A DNA stretch of 64,000 bases from Microthyrium microscopicum (Eukaryota). The DNA is taken from NCBI GenBank assembly GCA_010405405.1, contig MU004241.1, forward strand, positions 1,151,359 to 1,215,358, written 5' to 3'. Position 1 is the stretch's first letter, and each line of letters starts with the position of its first letter. The position numbers were made by a program, and so were the translations under genes. The notes beneath the pieces were generated by a model. The model was not told where the DNA came from, searched no databases, and worked only from the letters and a program-made list of their open reading frames with translations. Shown in pieces: positions 1 to 15,043 of this stretch.

Positions 1-292
1 CGATCAAGTTGAGGTCTTTCCACTCGTACATAAGTAAACTAGCCATCTTGTCGCTGCCTTCTTGTTTTTCGAAAGTGACAAGTATATATGGATCTACCTC
101 TCCACCCCATGATTCTTTACTGTACATTCCGGAACATCGTTGCTGGTCTGCTTCTTTTGAGCTCTGCGGACACCTGTCAGTTCAATCTATCCTCGCCGCA
201 ATCCCAAGAGCTGATCGTACCAGAGCTACTTCTGCAGCGCTTATGAGATTCGCCAGCGAGGCCAAAACTGTGAGTATCGACCATTTCTTCAT
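1..292 (-). CDS. PTM1: PTM1-like (lung seven-TM receptor family) membrane protein, 5' part; runs off window start
   Basis: Manual translation MKKWSILTVLASLANLISAAEVAL|SSKEADQQRCSGMYSKESWGGEVDPYILVTF..., signal peptide, intron 164-220 (GTACGA..CTGAC..CAG); CSGMYSxxxWGGxVDP is typical of fungal Ptm1. Absent from the ORF track. Confidence 0.75.
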
Positions 293-741
293 TGTGTATG
301 TGCTTGCCGTTCAACGGCGGAGGATGCGTAATGGTCCAGTCTCCGCAGTAGGGTGTAGGCTGCAGAATCCAGATAGAGCGTTGGGAGGGCGAGAGGCCGG
401 TCCGTCGATTCTTGTAGGACAGAACTATGTGGGCGTCTGTCTTGTAGCGAAGGCGACTAAGGAAAAGGGTGATGAGGTTGGTAGTGTTAAGCTAGAAGTG
501 AAACTGAACATTTACCAAGAGTTCACTCTGATGCCGAGTCGCATGCGCAAGCTTCAGCCAAGTGTAACCAAAATAGCCAAGCGTCGACCCGCCAAGTGTC
601 CACTAAACCACGAAGAGCACTCTACACCCCTTACATAAGCGAGTCAATCTTCATCTTCAATACTTTATGTCCAATTTTCACTCGTCAGTACCAATCTTGC
701 CACTTCTCGAATCAGGACTTGTTTCTCTGCGCAGTTTCGAA

Positions 742-1851
742 ATGACCACCAACGGTCTCTCTCGACCGTGTAAACGCTGCAACGCCCATGAGGCCGCGCT
801 TGTTGTTCGCAACGAGCCGCTATGCAGGTCGTGTTTCACCATCTACATCAACACTAAAATAATCAAACGCATGGAAGCTTTTAGGACACGTAACTCCGCT
901 GAAGGCCACCGACGAAAGTTACTTTTGCCAATATCCTTTGGTGTATCCTCTACATGCCTGCTGGACGTCCTTAGTCGACATATCAAGCAACAGCAAGATC
1001 GCAACGGACGACCGGGCTATAGTCTGATTCTCCTTCATGTAACAGGGGCCTCACTAAGCACGTCAGCTGGAGAAGAGGACAAAAATATTGAGAAGCTTAA
1101 AGAAGCTTATCCCCAGCATCCTTACTTCGAACTTGATCTATCCAGTGTCTATGACTCGGGACGGTCACTGGACCAAGGAAGTCAGGAAGAGGCGGCTTTC
1201 AAGTTGCAGAGACTTTTAGACAGTGCATCTTCTGCAACGTCAAGATCTGATATTGTATCTGTTCTTCTCACGAGAGCGATTGTCAAGTTCGCCATAGCCC
1301 ACGAGTGCGAAGGCATCCTTTGGGGTGACAGCACCACGAAACTAGCCGAAAAGATTCTTGCTGAATCTGCAAAAGGTCGTGGATTCTCACTTCCCTGGCA
1401 GGTCACAGACGGTGAGACCCCGTATGGCATCAATTTCTATTTTCCTGTTCGCGAGGTTCTGAAGAAGGAACTGTTAGATTTTGCCAAAATGACAGATTCA
1501 CGATTGGTTGACTTGATCTCGGACGAAGCCTTTACTCCTGCTCAAGCCCCAGTAAGCTCCAAAAACACAACCATTGATCTACTCATGAAGCAATACTTCG
1601 AGTCTGTCGAAGAGAGTTATCCAAGCATTGTTTCCAATGTGGTGCGCACGAGTACCAAGTTGCAGCCTTCCGTGGTTGGTCTAAGACGTTGCAAATTGTG
1701 CACTCATCCTGTCACCAAGGAGCAACTTGGTATAGAGAGCTGGGAAGGGACACAGGATTCGGAGAAAGATCCTTCAGGTGATAAACTAGAGCTGTGCTAT
1801 GGGTGCTCAAGGACGATACCGGAATCAGCCATCCCTCTTCTTCCAAGATAA
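742..1851 (+). CDS. NCS2: Cytoplasmic tRNA 2-thiolation protein 2
   Basis: N-terminal CKRC..CRSCF, LLPISFGVSS, ILWGDSTTKLAEKILAESAKGRGFSLPW, YPSIVSNVVRT, C-terminal CKLC..LCYGC; start taken at MTTNG (742), upstream ATG at 667 possible. Confidence 0.9.
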   Translation: MTTNGLSRPCKRCNAHEAALVVRNEPLCRSCFTIYINTKIIKRMEAFRTRNSAEGHRRKLLLPISFGVSSTCLLDVLSRHIKQQQDRNGRPGYSLILLHVTGASLSTSAGEEDKNIEKLKEAYPQHPYFELDLSSVYDSGRSLDQGSQEEAAFKLQRLLDSASSATSRSDIVSVLLTRAIVKFAIAHECEGILWGDSTTKLAEKILAESAKGRGFSLPWQVTDGETPYGINFYFPVREVLKKELLDFAKMTDSRLVDLISDEAFTPAQAPVSSKNTTIDLLMKQYFESVEESYPSIVSNVVRTSTKLQPSVVGLRRCKLCTHPVTKEQLGIESWEGTQDSEKDPSGDKLELCYGCSRTIPESAIPLLPR

Positions 1852-2111
1852 TGATCTTAGCATGAGAACAAAGTAAAAGTATCAATCAAGATTTGTTGCA
1901 TGAACAAAGCAGGTATTTTGGTCATTTGTGCGATTGGCATTACATGAAATCGTTATTTATACAATTTTTGTCCCCCGAAGCGTCAGCCAACCTGTAACTT
2001 TCCAATAAAGTCATTATGGTGGACAGAGTGGTTACTCCTGATACTCATATCATCCTATACTGATATGTGGCATCAGACAGCAAGCATCGCAAGAACTCGT
2101 ACTTCCTTCAG

Positions 2112-4931
<2,820 letters not shown>

Positions 4932-5292
4932 ACTGCTGATAGAAGTCCTGCGGATATGAGAGAAGTAGTGAAACACGGATCGAGATTTTGAAGTTGATTT
5001 CTGACAGTTGGTAAGAGCAATGATGGAAGCTGATGAAGCTGAAGGCGGTTTCAAGGTCAAGGTGACACTAGTGTCAAAGCGCGTCCAAATCTAGAAGAGA
5101 TGCGAGATAGACGCGCTGGCACGTGATATATCTTTGACAAGATCCCTGCTAGCTTTATTTACATAAACCACTGAAGTTTGAACTCACGATCCACACATCC
5201 TCCTGGTCTCTTATCATATTCTTGGGTATACGTAGCAGTAGGGGGCTGTTGCTCTTGCATATGTGTTGTAGTCGGCTATAAGTTAACATTCA

Positions 5293-5976
5293 TTACTCTG
5301 GAGGAATGCCTATCTTACGGGTAATCATGTCCATAATGTCGTCGAGTACACGAAGCTTTCTATCTTGAGTAGCGGCTAGAAGCTGATCCATAGGGGAATT
5401 ATAGGCCATCAGTCTATAGACGTGACATTCTTGATGCTGGCCGTGGCGATGAATCTGGCCCATCAATTGGAACTCATCTTGCTTGTTGTACTGTATCTTG
5501 CAGATGATTAACTTAGAAGCGCAAGTGATGTTGAGACCAACGCCACCAGCTTTCAGTGACATAAGCAGAGGAGAGCTGGTACTATCAATTGCGAAGATAT
5601 GGTGAGCTGTTGAACGCTCATACGCAGTCATTCCACCATCGAACTGATTGATTTCCCGGTCAGGCGAGTCGCGGCGAAGAGCTTCTTGGATGAGGAGGAG
5701 AAAGTAACGCGATTTCGAAGCGATGATGACTTTTCGATCCGAAAAGTCTTTCCGAATTTCCTTGTAGGTTGCTAGGCAAATCGCGACACGCGGCGACGCC
5801 AACTGCTCGTCGCTCATTCTAGCGACCTTGGTACCAGATTGAGCAAGCTTGACGGCATCTGTCTCTTCGACATTGTGTCCTTCCTCCTCTTCATCTTCAA
5901 CTTGAGCCTCAACGGGAGCTAGATCGCCAGCAAGTGTCTCATACTTACAGTACTGTTCTTCGTAACACAGCAGCAC
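5293..5976 (-). pseudogene. SNF2-family helicase C-terminal lobe fragment
   Basis: SPRV..KVIIAS, FDGGMTAYER, LMSLKAGGVGLNITCASKLII, QLMGQIHRHGQHQECHVYRL; no ATG start and no recognisable N-lobe upstream on this strand. Confidence 0.7.
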
Positions 5977-7039
5977 GCATTATTAACGCTTTGTCTCGAT
6001 AGCCGGGCTACGAGAGCTTTTGGATATTAACTTCTCAAAGATGGGAACAATGTGGCTTCTTATTCAAATGATACATCTCAACGGCATGGCTATATAATGG
6101 CGCAACCTTATCATGTCACCCAGACGCTACGCTCGGTCATCGAGTGCTTTATTTGCCATATCGGGCGTTCGGACTGGGAATATTTATTAGATACGATGGG
6201 GATTAAAGCACCTTTTGGTTAGCAGCGGTGGTGGCAGCCATCAGAGTTGATGGGAGTACGCCATTCATTTTACCATGCCGATGGGATGATCAAGAGCACC
6301 TGGCATGTGGGATTAATCAGATATCAGTGAGAAAATCTGCTTCAGTTAGCAATGGCCTAAGGAAACCCTGGTATTCGACTTCGGGTTACTATTCTGCGAC
6401 GAACTGCAAGAAAGAGAGCCAATGAATGAAGCGCTCCCATCAACCAAGCCGTCTCCCATCGGCTACGTTCTGTTTTTGACTGATTGATTTCACATGATTA
6501 CATAAAAATATTCTTGAATTGCGACCGCCATAAGGCTCAAAGATTACTCTTTTTATGGGTGCGGTGGTAGTCATCCCGTTTCACGGGAGCGTGTTACTGA
6601 TTTCGTCCACCTGTTGGCATTTTACGATTGACATATCCTCTCCTACACAGGCAACAATCTCGAGAATACGTAGCAGTAGCGAGTTGCTGCTCTAAAGCAT
6701 CTTTTGTAGCTGCCTTAAAGGTCCACGTCTTAAGACATCAGTGTTCTTGACAAATATAGTAAAGCATATTGCGCGCATATTAAATGCTCCACAAGAGCTT
6801 CCGGAGAAAGCAATATTTAACTGTCGTTAGGGATGACATGCATTGCCCGCTCAGACAGTGTATCTACAGTCTAGGTAGGCACTTACTTCCCAAAGCTCTC
6901 AACAGGCCTTGCTAAATTGTTGAGTAGTACCTTTCATTTCTCAAAACCTCATCTCCCTGCCTTTTTCGGCATACACAACGCTCCTCCCTTTTTTTCAATC
7001 AACCCGTTCATTTCCTGCTACATACTACTGGAAGCCAGC

Positions 7040-8342
7040 AGGAGCGAGTGGGATCATAATCGGCTGTGGAGACTCGGCGCGAAATGTTCTCGATTGTCAC
7101 GAGATGGGAATGGGCAAAACAACCATGGCCTACCTAGCAGACTGGCTGGCAAAGGCTCGAGCAGGACGGAGCTGCTTCACTGTGGTTCTGACCACCCGCA
7201 CCCTGATTCCGCAATGGTTCGAAGAGTCGCAAGTATGCTTCAAAGATGTCAGTTCCTATACCCGTGTTACCGTCCCAAACCTAATTGGCTACTCAGGGTG
7301 AGAAGCCACGAGTCTTTATTCTCGAAAATGCGAAGATCACAGCCCTTGAACTGATTAACGGCGACTGGGACTATATGTTGGCCACCTACGAATTTGTAAT
7401 GGCGCAGTACAAGCGCAAACTGAAGTACGAACAGTACTTGAAATTCGCAATGACCAATAGGGACCCCATGGCCCGCAAAGCCTATGCGAAGGTCAACAAA
7501 CTCCCATCCATCCCTCCAGTCCTTCGTCTTCTTCCGGCCTCTATAGAGACTTCAATTTACTATTTCGGCAGCTCATTGTTGACGAAGCGCACAATTTGAA
7601 GAACTGGCGCGGCGTAAAGCATGCCGCCGTCAAGGCCATGTTTTATGCTTCCCCGGAAATGATTACGGGAACGCCACTGCACAACACCTGGACAGATGTA
7701 CCAGGACTCCTGAACCTATTGCCAAAATGAGCCAGTCCAAGGTCCAAAAATAGTATCTGGGACCTTGTTCTAGTGAGCCAGTCACTGAACAAAACCGCCT
7801 TAAGAAATGGCTATGGAAGAGCTGAGCAAGCCGGGAAACTCATGATTATGGTAGTAGAGAATAACAGTATACTCAGACAATGGCTCAAACGAGTAGCTAC
7901 GCGTTTGCAGGTAGGATGCTTAAGGGGAAGCACTGGAAGTAGATCCATAAGCTCCTGGTTCATATGCAATGTTCCTGCTGTGAAACTTCGACAGACTATA
8001 TACAACGGGGATCTATGTCCAAGTGACGAAGAAATTCAATGGCGCACAGAGGACTTACCAATCCTTCTTTCCACGGTGCCTACCAAGGCAAGCACGGTAC
8101 CGCTACCACCTAGCCCATTGACCAACCGCTACTGATATTGAAGAAAGACTTACAAGACGACGAGAATGGTGAGGAAAATGACGACAAAACCCAGGTCTCT
8201 GTATCAAAGAGAGTGCCAAAACCGTCAGGAACTTAGCCCTTCTCGAGTAGATATGATTATCCAAACCTATCATAAAATCCGAGACACCTGGCGCGATGAG
8301 AAGACCATCGTCTTCTCGAACATCTCGCCTTTGCTCACATAG
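7040..8342 (+). pseudogene. Degenerate SNF2-family ATPase (frameshifts and stops)
   Basis: VLDCHEMGMGKTT (motif I), MLATYE, LIVDEAHNLKN (II) and MITGTPLHNTW (III) lie in different frames; SPSRVDMIIQTYHKIRDTWRDEKTIVFS at 8226-8342 is the start of the C-lobe. Confidence 0.8.
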
Positions 8343-9028
8343 GCGAAGAGATCTGCTGTCCCCTTTCAAGACCAGCCGGCTATGCCCGAATGTTCACCTG
8401 TGCTTCCAAAGTCATTCTCTGTGTCGCAAAGTACAAGACAACAACAAGACGAGATTCAAATGGTCACTTATGCCCACTGTTATGCCAGAAATGCATTTTA
8501 TGAAAACAAGATTCGTTTAAACAAGGCCAACGCGCGCTAAAAAGGAAGCCTTGATATCTCTCGTTGCGGGATCCCTGAAACCGAGATGGGAATTATCAAG
8601 TGCTATGAGAAGCAGTGAGATCTCGCGATGTGAAATCTCATCTCTCAATATGTCTAACCACAAGCGGTAGCTTCCATCGTGTTCGCTGGGCCCCATTGTA
8701 ACTAATGTTTATCCTAGTAAGATCTCTATGAATTTCCCATTGTCGTATCATAACAATATTGGGCTATCGCATCTGGTAGATACCTACCTCTTTATATACA
8801 TTTGGGTCGAGAAATAGATATACCGTTTGAAGTTTCTGTAACAAATTGTCGATGTTAGAAATGTACTTTAGAGGGCTGTAAGCCTCTCTAGCACTAAACA
8901 TTCAATGTATTGTTCTCGTTAACTGATACATGCACGTGAGCAGATTTGAAAAACAGTCTTCTTCTAGTACAATTGTTTAAGGTAGAAGGGAAAGGCTAAA
9001 TAGGCAGGTGTAAGTAGCGTTTGTCGTG

Positions 9029-9036
9029 TATATATA
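9029..9036 (+). promoter_or_regulatory. TATA box of U6 gene
   Basis: TATATATA about 30 nt upstream of the inferred U6 +1 (9060). Confidence 0.65.
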
Positions 9037-9059
9037 CATGTGGTTGACAATTTTGTCTT

Positions 9060-9359
9060 GCCGGAAACGGCATTTGGTCAAATTGAAACGATACAGGTTC
9101 GTTTTTATCTGCACCTTTTGTGGTATTGATCTAACCTGAAGTAGAGAAGGTAAAATTTACATTACGTGCACTGCCGACATGCACTGACCCAATTCTTAGA
9201 TTAGCATGGCCCCTGCACTAAGGATGACACGTGAGCTGCCAACTCAATTTCTATTGATTTACCACTAATCTCTGACAGGCACAATCAAAGAGAGTGAGTC
9301 ACAGCATTGCCATGCAAGCGAATGTATAATTAACAAATAAACAGAGCATACAAGTTTTT
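9060..9359 (+). ncRNA. U6: U6 spliceosomal snRNA with four spliceosomal introns
   Basis: Exons 9060-9096, 9145-9149, 9200-9230, 9279-9293 and 9345-9359 splice to GCCGGAAACGGCATTTGGTCAAATTGAAACGATACAG|AGAAG|ATTAGCATGGCCCCTGCACTAAGGATGACAC|GCACAATCAAAGAGA|AGCATACAAGTTTTT (103 nt), with 5' hairpin, ACAGAGA box, AGC triad and ISL; box A TGGTCAAATTG at 9075-9085. Confidence 0.95.
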
Positions 9360-10273
9360 CAAGCTTATGATTTTTTTTGGACGTCATCAGGCCTGATTTT
9401 TGGCTGCTGAGGTTTGCTTTCACGTATATATAGAGTACTGACAGGTCATGCCTGTAGGCTCCATGTTCAATTCAGCTAGGGGGCAATTTTATTTTAGGCT
9501 CTACTTAATTGATTATAGATCATTCAGTTAAGAAATGAATGAGGACTTCGATAGTGATTTTATTAACTATATTCTAGAAAGTATTGTACTCTATATAAAG
9601 TATATTTCTTCTACCTGCCGTTATTGTACTCTTTTACCTCGAATTGAACCGTGAACCCCTAATGACTTCTAACCTGTATTATATCTAATTAGTACCTCTT
9701 AGAAGGATTATATGGATTTTGCATCGACCAGAACAATACATTTCATTAGCTATTGTAACAATAGTTTATACGGAGTAAGCTTATTTCTAGCGTATTCATT
9801 AGAAATCATGGCATGGCAAAAAGCAGCACCTTATGAGTTACGACAGCTGTGGACTGGCAAAATAATAGGCGCGCTCCCATCAGCTACCTTGGCTCCCATC
9901 CGTTACATTCTATTCAGACGGTAGAAGCCAAAATTTTGCGAGCGAGCGAGATGATGTCCAAATGACTCATGAGGTTTTTACAGTCTGGCTATATTTTGGC
10001 AAAAATGGCAGGAGCAGACCAGCTTCCTCCTCGTTGTGAGAATGCCTCCCATGTGGTTCTGAATCTTGTTCTAACTTCACTCCATGACTTAGGAGGAGGT
10101 TGCAGACGAACCTGGATCTATGGAAAAGGATACTGCGATACCCACGACCGACAGATACCATTGATAACTCTGGATGTGCCAGCTATTTACAGGCGCCGTG
10201 GTTTTACCTTTGAGATTTCGCAGAGCAATGCTTCAATTGCGCTCGATAATCTCTGTCCATTCCAAGCGCTTCC

Positions 10274-10853
10274 TTAACCCACTGTGCCATTTCCCCCGGA
10301 TCTGAAATCCCACATATCGATGAAAACTCTTGATGTGCCACTCCTTGTCAAGATTCCAACTCCAACGACTTGGTTTAGCCAAGCATAAGTCCCATTCGTT
10401 GCGGTCTCAAATTTCGCGCGCAAGACCGAATGTCCGTCAGTCAGTGTCGGGCCTTCTGTTTGAATATAAACATAAGTGCCATCGTCTGTGAGGAGATTGT
10501 AGCGAGCATCCGGTCGGACAATTCCATTCACATCTGTCAGGCGCCAATCCGCGCCAAGATTGAGTATTTTGCCTAAAATCATCAGTATGGTTTGAAAAAG
10601 TCTGAAAACTTGGCCTTGATGAACAATGTCATGGGTATAACTTACCAGAGAACTTAGGGCCCTTGAATGTACCACCAATGATTGGTATAACAACTCGTTC
10701 TTGTCCAACCGGTATTGCTCCCAGTGAGAACCTATCCCCTAATTCTACATCTGCTCTGTATAGCAGTGTTACTGACGGAGGAATAAGAGGGGGAAAAGTG
10801 ACATTCTGCGCCACGGCTAGGCTGATCAAGCCTAAAAGGCTTAAAGAAAACAT
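10274..10853 (-). CDS. Secreted DUF3237/UPF0311-family protein
   Basis: Signal peptide MFSLSLLGLISLAVA; RVVIPIIGGTFKGP, GADW, PDARYNLLTDDG, FETATNGTYAWLN; intron 10573-10645 restores the frame (168 aa). Confidence 0.82.
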
Positions 10854-11508
10854 TACTTTGATGAATTGTGTGTGCTTGGCTTCAATTGTGAAGACAAGAA
10901 GCGAAGAATAGCCTTTTAAAGGTCGATGTAGTTGGAATCTTGAAAGCAAATATAAATTAAAATAGATGAATACTACCGCATTAGTTTTAAAGTTACTGGA
11001 GCCGCTAAATCGATCATGAAAATGCCGCTATAAAGGGCCGAAGGAGGAGAAATATTCAGGGCTCCGTCCCAATTCAGCCTGTGATCACGCATCCCTTGGG
11101 GTTTACTTCTGAAGTGCGATGATTTACGTCCAGGTACATGAGTATGAGTTCTTTCGAGCTCAAGGACACTTACGCGTCCATAATATTGCAAAACTGCACG
11201 CACAAGATCTACGTCAAAACGTCATTTACTCTATTTATTCCTAATAGGAGCCCTTTCCACCAGGAAGAGTTATAAACGAAAAAAAAACATGACCTTCATT
11301 AGTATTAGCTCATCGTGGAGAAACCCGGCAAGCTTGTTAACTCACGATCAGGTATATAGGATAGCATTTTATCACGAACAACAACGATTTTGCAAAAGAT
11401 TCATTAAATCTGGTCTTGAGCCGACGCCTTCTCTCTATATACCGCCCTCTATTACATTATTAACAATTATTGGAATGTTTCTGTGGAGGTGTCCATTGAC
11501 TGAAACAT

Positions 11509-13299
11509 TTAAAGTGCAAACAGACCGCCAACAGCCATGGCTAAGAAACCAACAACTTGGTATTGCGTTCTTATGCTTGCAGCCGCGTTGGTGGTTTGTT
11601 GAGCCGGAACTGACGAAGCACTGATGTTGCCACCCGGAACACCAATAGTGGATAGAGTTGGTGTTGGGTATGATCCAGTTCCATTGCCATTGATTGGGTA
11701 AGGAGGTGCGGTAGCAGCTGGAGCGTTTGGCCCGGGAACGATGCCGACAACGGATGATCCACCGACTACAGCAGAGGTGAACCCGACCTGTGGAACGACT
11801 ACGGTTGTCTGAATGGATGTGGTGTGGAACGAAGAAGGAATGGTCTGTCCGGCGGAAGTTCCGGTGGTGTAGGTGCATGGCACGGTAATTGTTTGGTCAA
11901 TAGAGACTGTCGTGACACCAACTGCCGGCACACCACCGGTTGGACCTGCGGTGGCGGTTACTGTGGGTGCGATGGTTACACTGGAGGGGCAGTTGGTGAT
12001 GATGCCTGGGTTGCTGGGGATGAAGGCGGCGCAGATGCCAACGAGATAAGAGACGGCAGCTTGAATCTCACTTTGCGACTGGCCCCAAGCTGAGAGACAT
12101 TGGTAGACGGAGGAAATCAGCTCAGTATCTTTGCAAAAACAGTCGGGGTTGCTGATATCGGAGCAAGAACTGCTGAACATCCAGGTGGAGAAACACTTGG
12201 GAAGAACATCTGGGCAAGATGTACCTGGAAGACTGCCGGAGCCGGATCCCTTGCTGGGTGAAGCTGGAGTAGCAGATTTGGAAGGAGCGAAGCTAGAGAC
12301 AACTTCTACCGAGGATGATGGGCTTGAACCGCCAGCAGTTACGGACGGGCTTGAGCCACCTACGGGAATAGATGGGCTAGAGCCACCAACAGGAGCAGAA
12401 GGGCTTGAGCCACCTACAGGCATAGAGTATGCTGGGGAAGAATAGACTGGGGCAGACGGGGACTGCTCGGGGACAGAGACTGCTGGGGCAGATGAAGGTG
12501 AGCCTCCTGCTACAGAGGACTCGTAAGAACCACCTGGGCTGGATGGGTGAGCTGAGCCTTTTGGTGGCAAGGACTTTGGAGGTGAAGCTGGTGCAGAATA
12601 CGAAGGAGGCCCAGCTGGAGAGGACGACTTCGGTGGTGAAGCTGGAGCTGAGGTAGTGCCAGACTTTGGTGGAGCTGGGCCATTGCAGTCAAAGTCAACA
12701 CCATAGACATCGAAACCACAGTCACCAGATTCGTGGCTAGCGAGCTGGAAGCCGACGCTCTTAGCTCCACCACATTGTGTGTTGGGTACAGATGTCCCTG
12801 AACTACTGCAGGAGTGTACGAAGGAACAGTCTGATCCGTCTTCCATGGTGAACTGGAATTCGATGTCGACATCCCGGTCTGTAGTAACGTGGAACGTCGA
12901 GGGAGAGAAGGCATCGGAGGAGCCACAAGAGAAGCTAGGTCCTTTGGAAGAGCCTGCACTTCCAGATATGCATTTGCCGCTGAATTGGCTTCCAGTACGC
13001 TTTGAAAGATCTCGTTTTCCTTGCTTGTCGTTGCATGTGAAGCCCGAGAACGAAAATGAACTGTAAGAGCTGAAGGAGCCAGTTGCAAGACTGTCGAAGG
13101 ACCATCCACTCTTTTCTTGATCGGAACACTTGTTGTCGGTATTGGCAGGACAGCTGAAGGAGCCAGAATCTAACCAGTTAAGAAACTAAAAACAGTCAGA
13201 TTAAATTGTGCTTCGCGGAAGAAAGGAAGAACTTACCCCTCCAGCTTGACCTTGGCCAGCCAGCAAGGCTGAAAGGAATAATGTGTGTGAAGCTCGCAT
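11509..13299 (-). CDS. GPI-anchored CFEM-domain cell-wall protein, Mad1 adhesin-like
   Basis: Signal exon, intron 13186-13236, Cys-rich N-domain (SCPANTDNKC), S/P-rich spacer with PVGGSSPS repeats, CFEM-type CPDVLPKC..CSDISNPDCFC..C..GIC, hydrophobic C-terminus. Confidence 0.82.
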
Positions 13300-15043
13300 T
13301 TTGACGAAACGATAGACTAGTAGGTTGATGGAAACGATTGTGTTTGGACCAAATGTACCACGATATAATATCAATATAAACACTTCGGTCAACGAGTGTA
13401 CGGGATGTATTCAGCGAATGAAGATACCAAGAAGAAGAGGTATAAAGAAAACACACAGAGCAAAGAATGAAAGCTTGATACTAGAAGGATGAGTACTCAC
13501 TTCAAATGGAGCAGACTTTCATTTCTACCTTATATCCCATACACACCCAGCTGTTCTATGTCATGCCTCGATAAATTTTAAGGTTGCATCGCCAGGCGGG
13601 ATCGCACAGACGGCATGTCGGGAGGGAAACAAGCAAACGGGAATCTTGAAACAAACAAGTGGATCTTGGTTTGGCCAATGGATGCAGACGCAGAGAGCCT
13701 GACTGGCAACCACGGCCGTTGGTCTCACAAGGTTTCCTCGCATGTTGGTCGATAATCAAAGGAGAGCCATGAGCGAGACGCTGATCGTCCTCTCCAGCGG
13801 CAGGCTTTTCAAACAGAGGGGAGGGAGAGAGGAACAGACAAGAGGCTGCAAATCGCCGTTAGGGATGGCAAGGAAAATGTGGCTAATTTCCATTCTTAGC
13901 AATGGGCTGCCAATTGGCGCTTCTTATTGGCCCATTGGTCAAAAAAGAAGCGGCTGCATTCACCCAATAGGAGAGAGCGGTGGCTACGACTCAAGAGGCT
14001 CAGCGGCCCATACCCAGGAAATCAGACATATGCACGTTTTCGAAACGAGTTTCGAAACATCTTTCAAAGAATTCTTTTCTTTTCATTGATGTTTTGCTGT
14101 TGATGTTTGTCATAAAGCTGCAATCACGGTCCTAGACGTAGCACAACTTGCTGGCTGAGAAGTGGCTTGCTTTAAGTGAAGCTAGCAAGAACATGAGAAG
14201 AGTAGATTTCCACCCTTAAAACTAGAAGACATAAGTCGTTGACATGATCTCTACTCCGGAGTCCGTACGAATGGTACGTCGTTAGGTATCCCATAAAGTC
14301 GCTAAGATAGGGGATGCAGGTACAGCTTTTAGCGACCATGTCCCCTGTGGTTTTAGGCCTCACTCGCTCAATACATGTATATAATCTCCTGCAGGGGTTA
14401 GACATGCAGACCAAATCGACTATTTTCTATTCGATCGAGGTACATTCGTGAGCTTGCGGATATCTTGATTCGCGTTGCTGATCATACTTCGCCTTCTATC
14501 ATTCTATTCATTTGTGCTTCAAATTTCATAGATACTCGGCAATACCTCTGTGCGCTTCCAAAAAATCACCTTTAAGCGACAAATATTACGAGATCGCACG
14601 AAACAAACTGAAGGACAAGTTCAACGGCGCTTGTAACTAAAAGGTGCTTTGACTTCCAATGCCTTTGATACAGCGTCAAGTAGTTCAAGCGTTAAACAAG
14701 GAATTCGTCATCTGCTCAAAAGAGCGTAGACATTGCATTTCAGGGGAGCGTGGTATCTATCTTGTCCAGCTATTGGGAATACGCGTAGTAGTCAAAATGA
14801 TTCGAAGCATTCACCAGAAAATGCTAATAGATTAGCTTAGCTAAAAGTAGGAATAGTAGGTGCATGTATCGCACAAGCAATAGGGTCAACGTACCTTTAA
14901 GGATAGGTACTAAATTGCATTGACAAATTATATTGCAGTGACCTAAGTACCATGGGAATTCCGAGAGCACTCATTAGGACATTGACGTGCGTTGATGAGC
15001 ATCTTTCATTCTTCAGTAGTATACTTTTGCTGCTGTCAATATC

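Noticed and set aside
9..638. 209-aa plus-strand ORF
   Set aside because: TTG start and no motifs; it is antisense to the spliced PTM1-like gene.
5293..7730. Single SNF2 gene split by an inversion
   Set aside because: The plus-strand copy carries its own C-lobe start at 8226-8342, which favours two paralogues.
9380..9490. tRNA gene downstream of U6
   Set aside because: A B-box-like motif is present but no acceptor or D stem can be folded.
8700..9800. RIP-mutated transposon relic in the AT-rich flanks of U6
   Set aside because: TpA-rich by eye, but no transposase remnant or terminal repeats; RIP indices were not computed.
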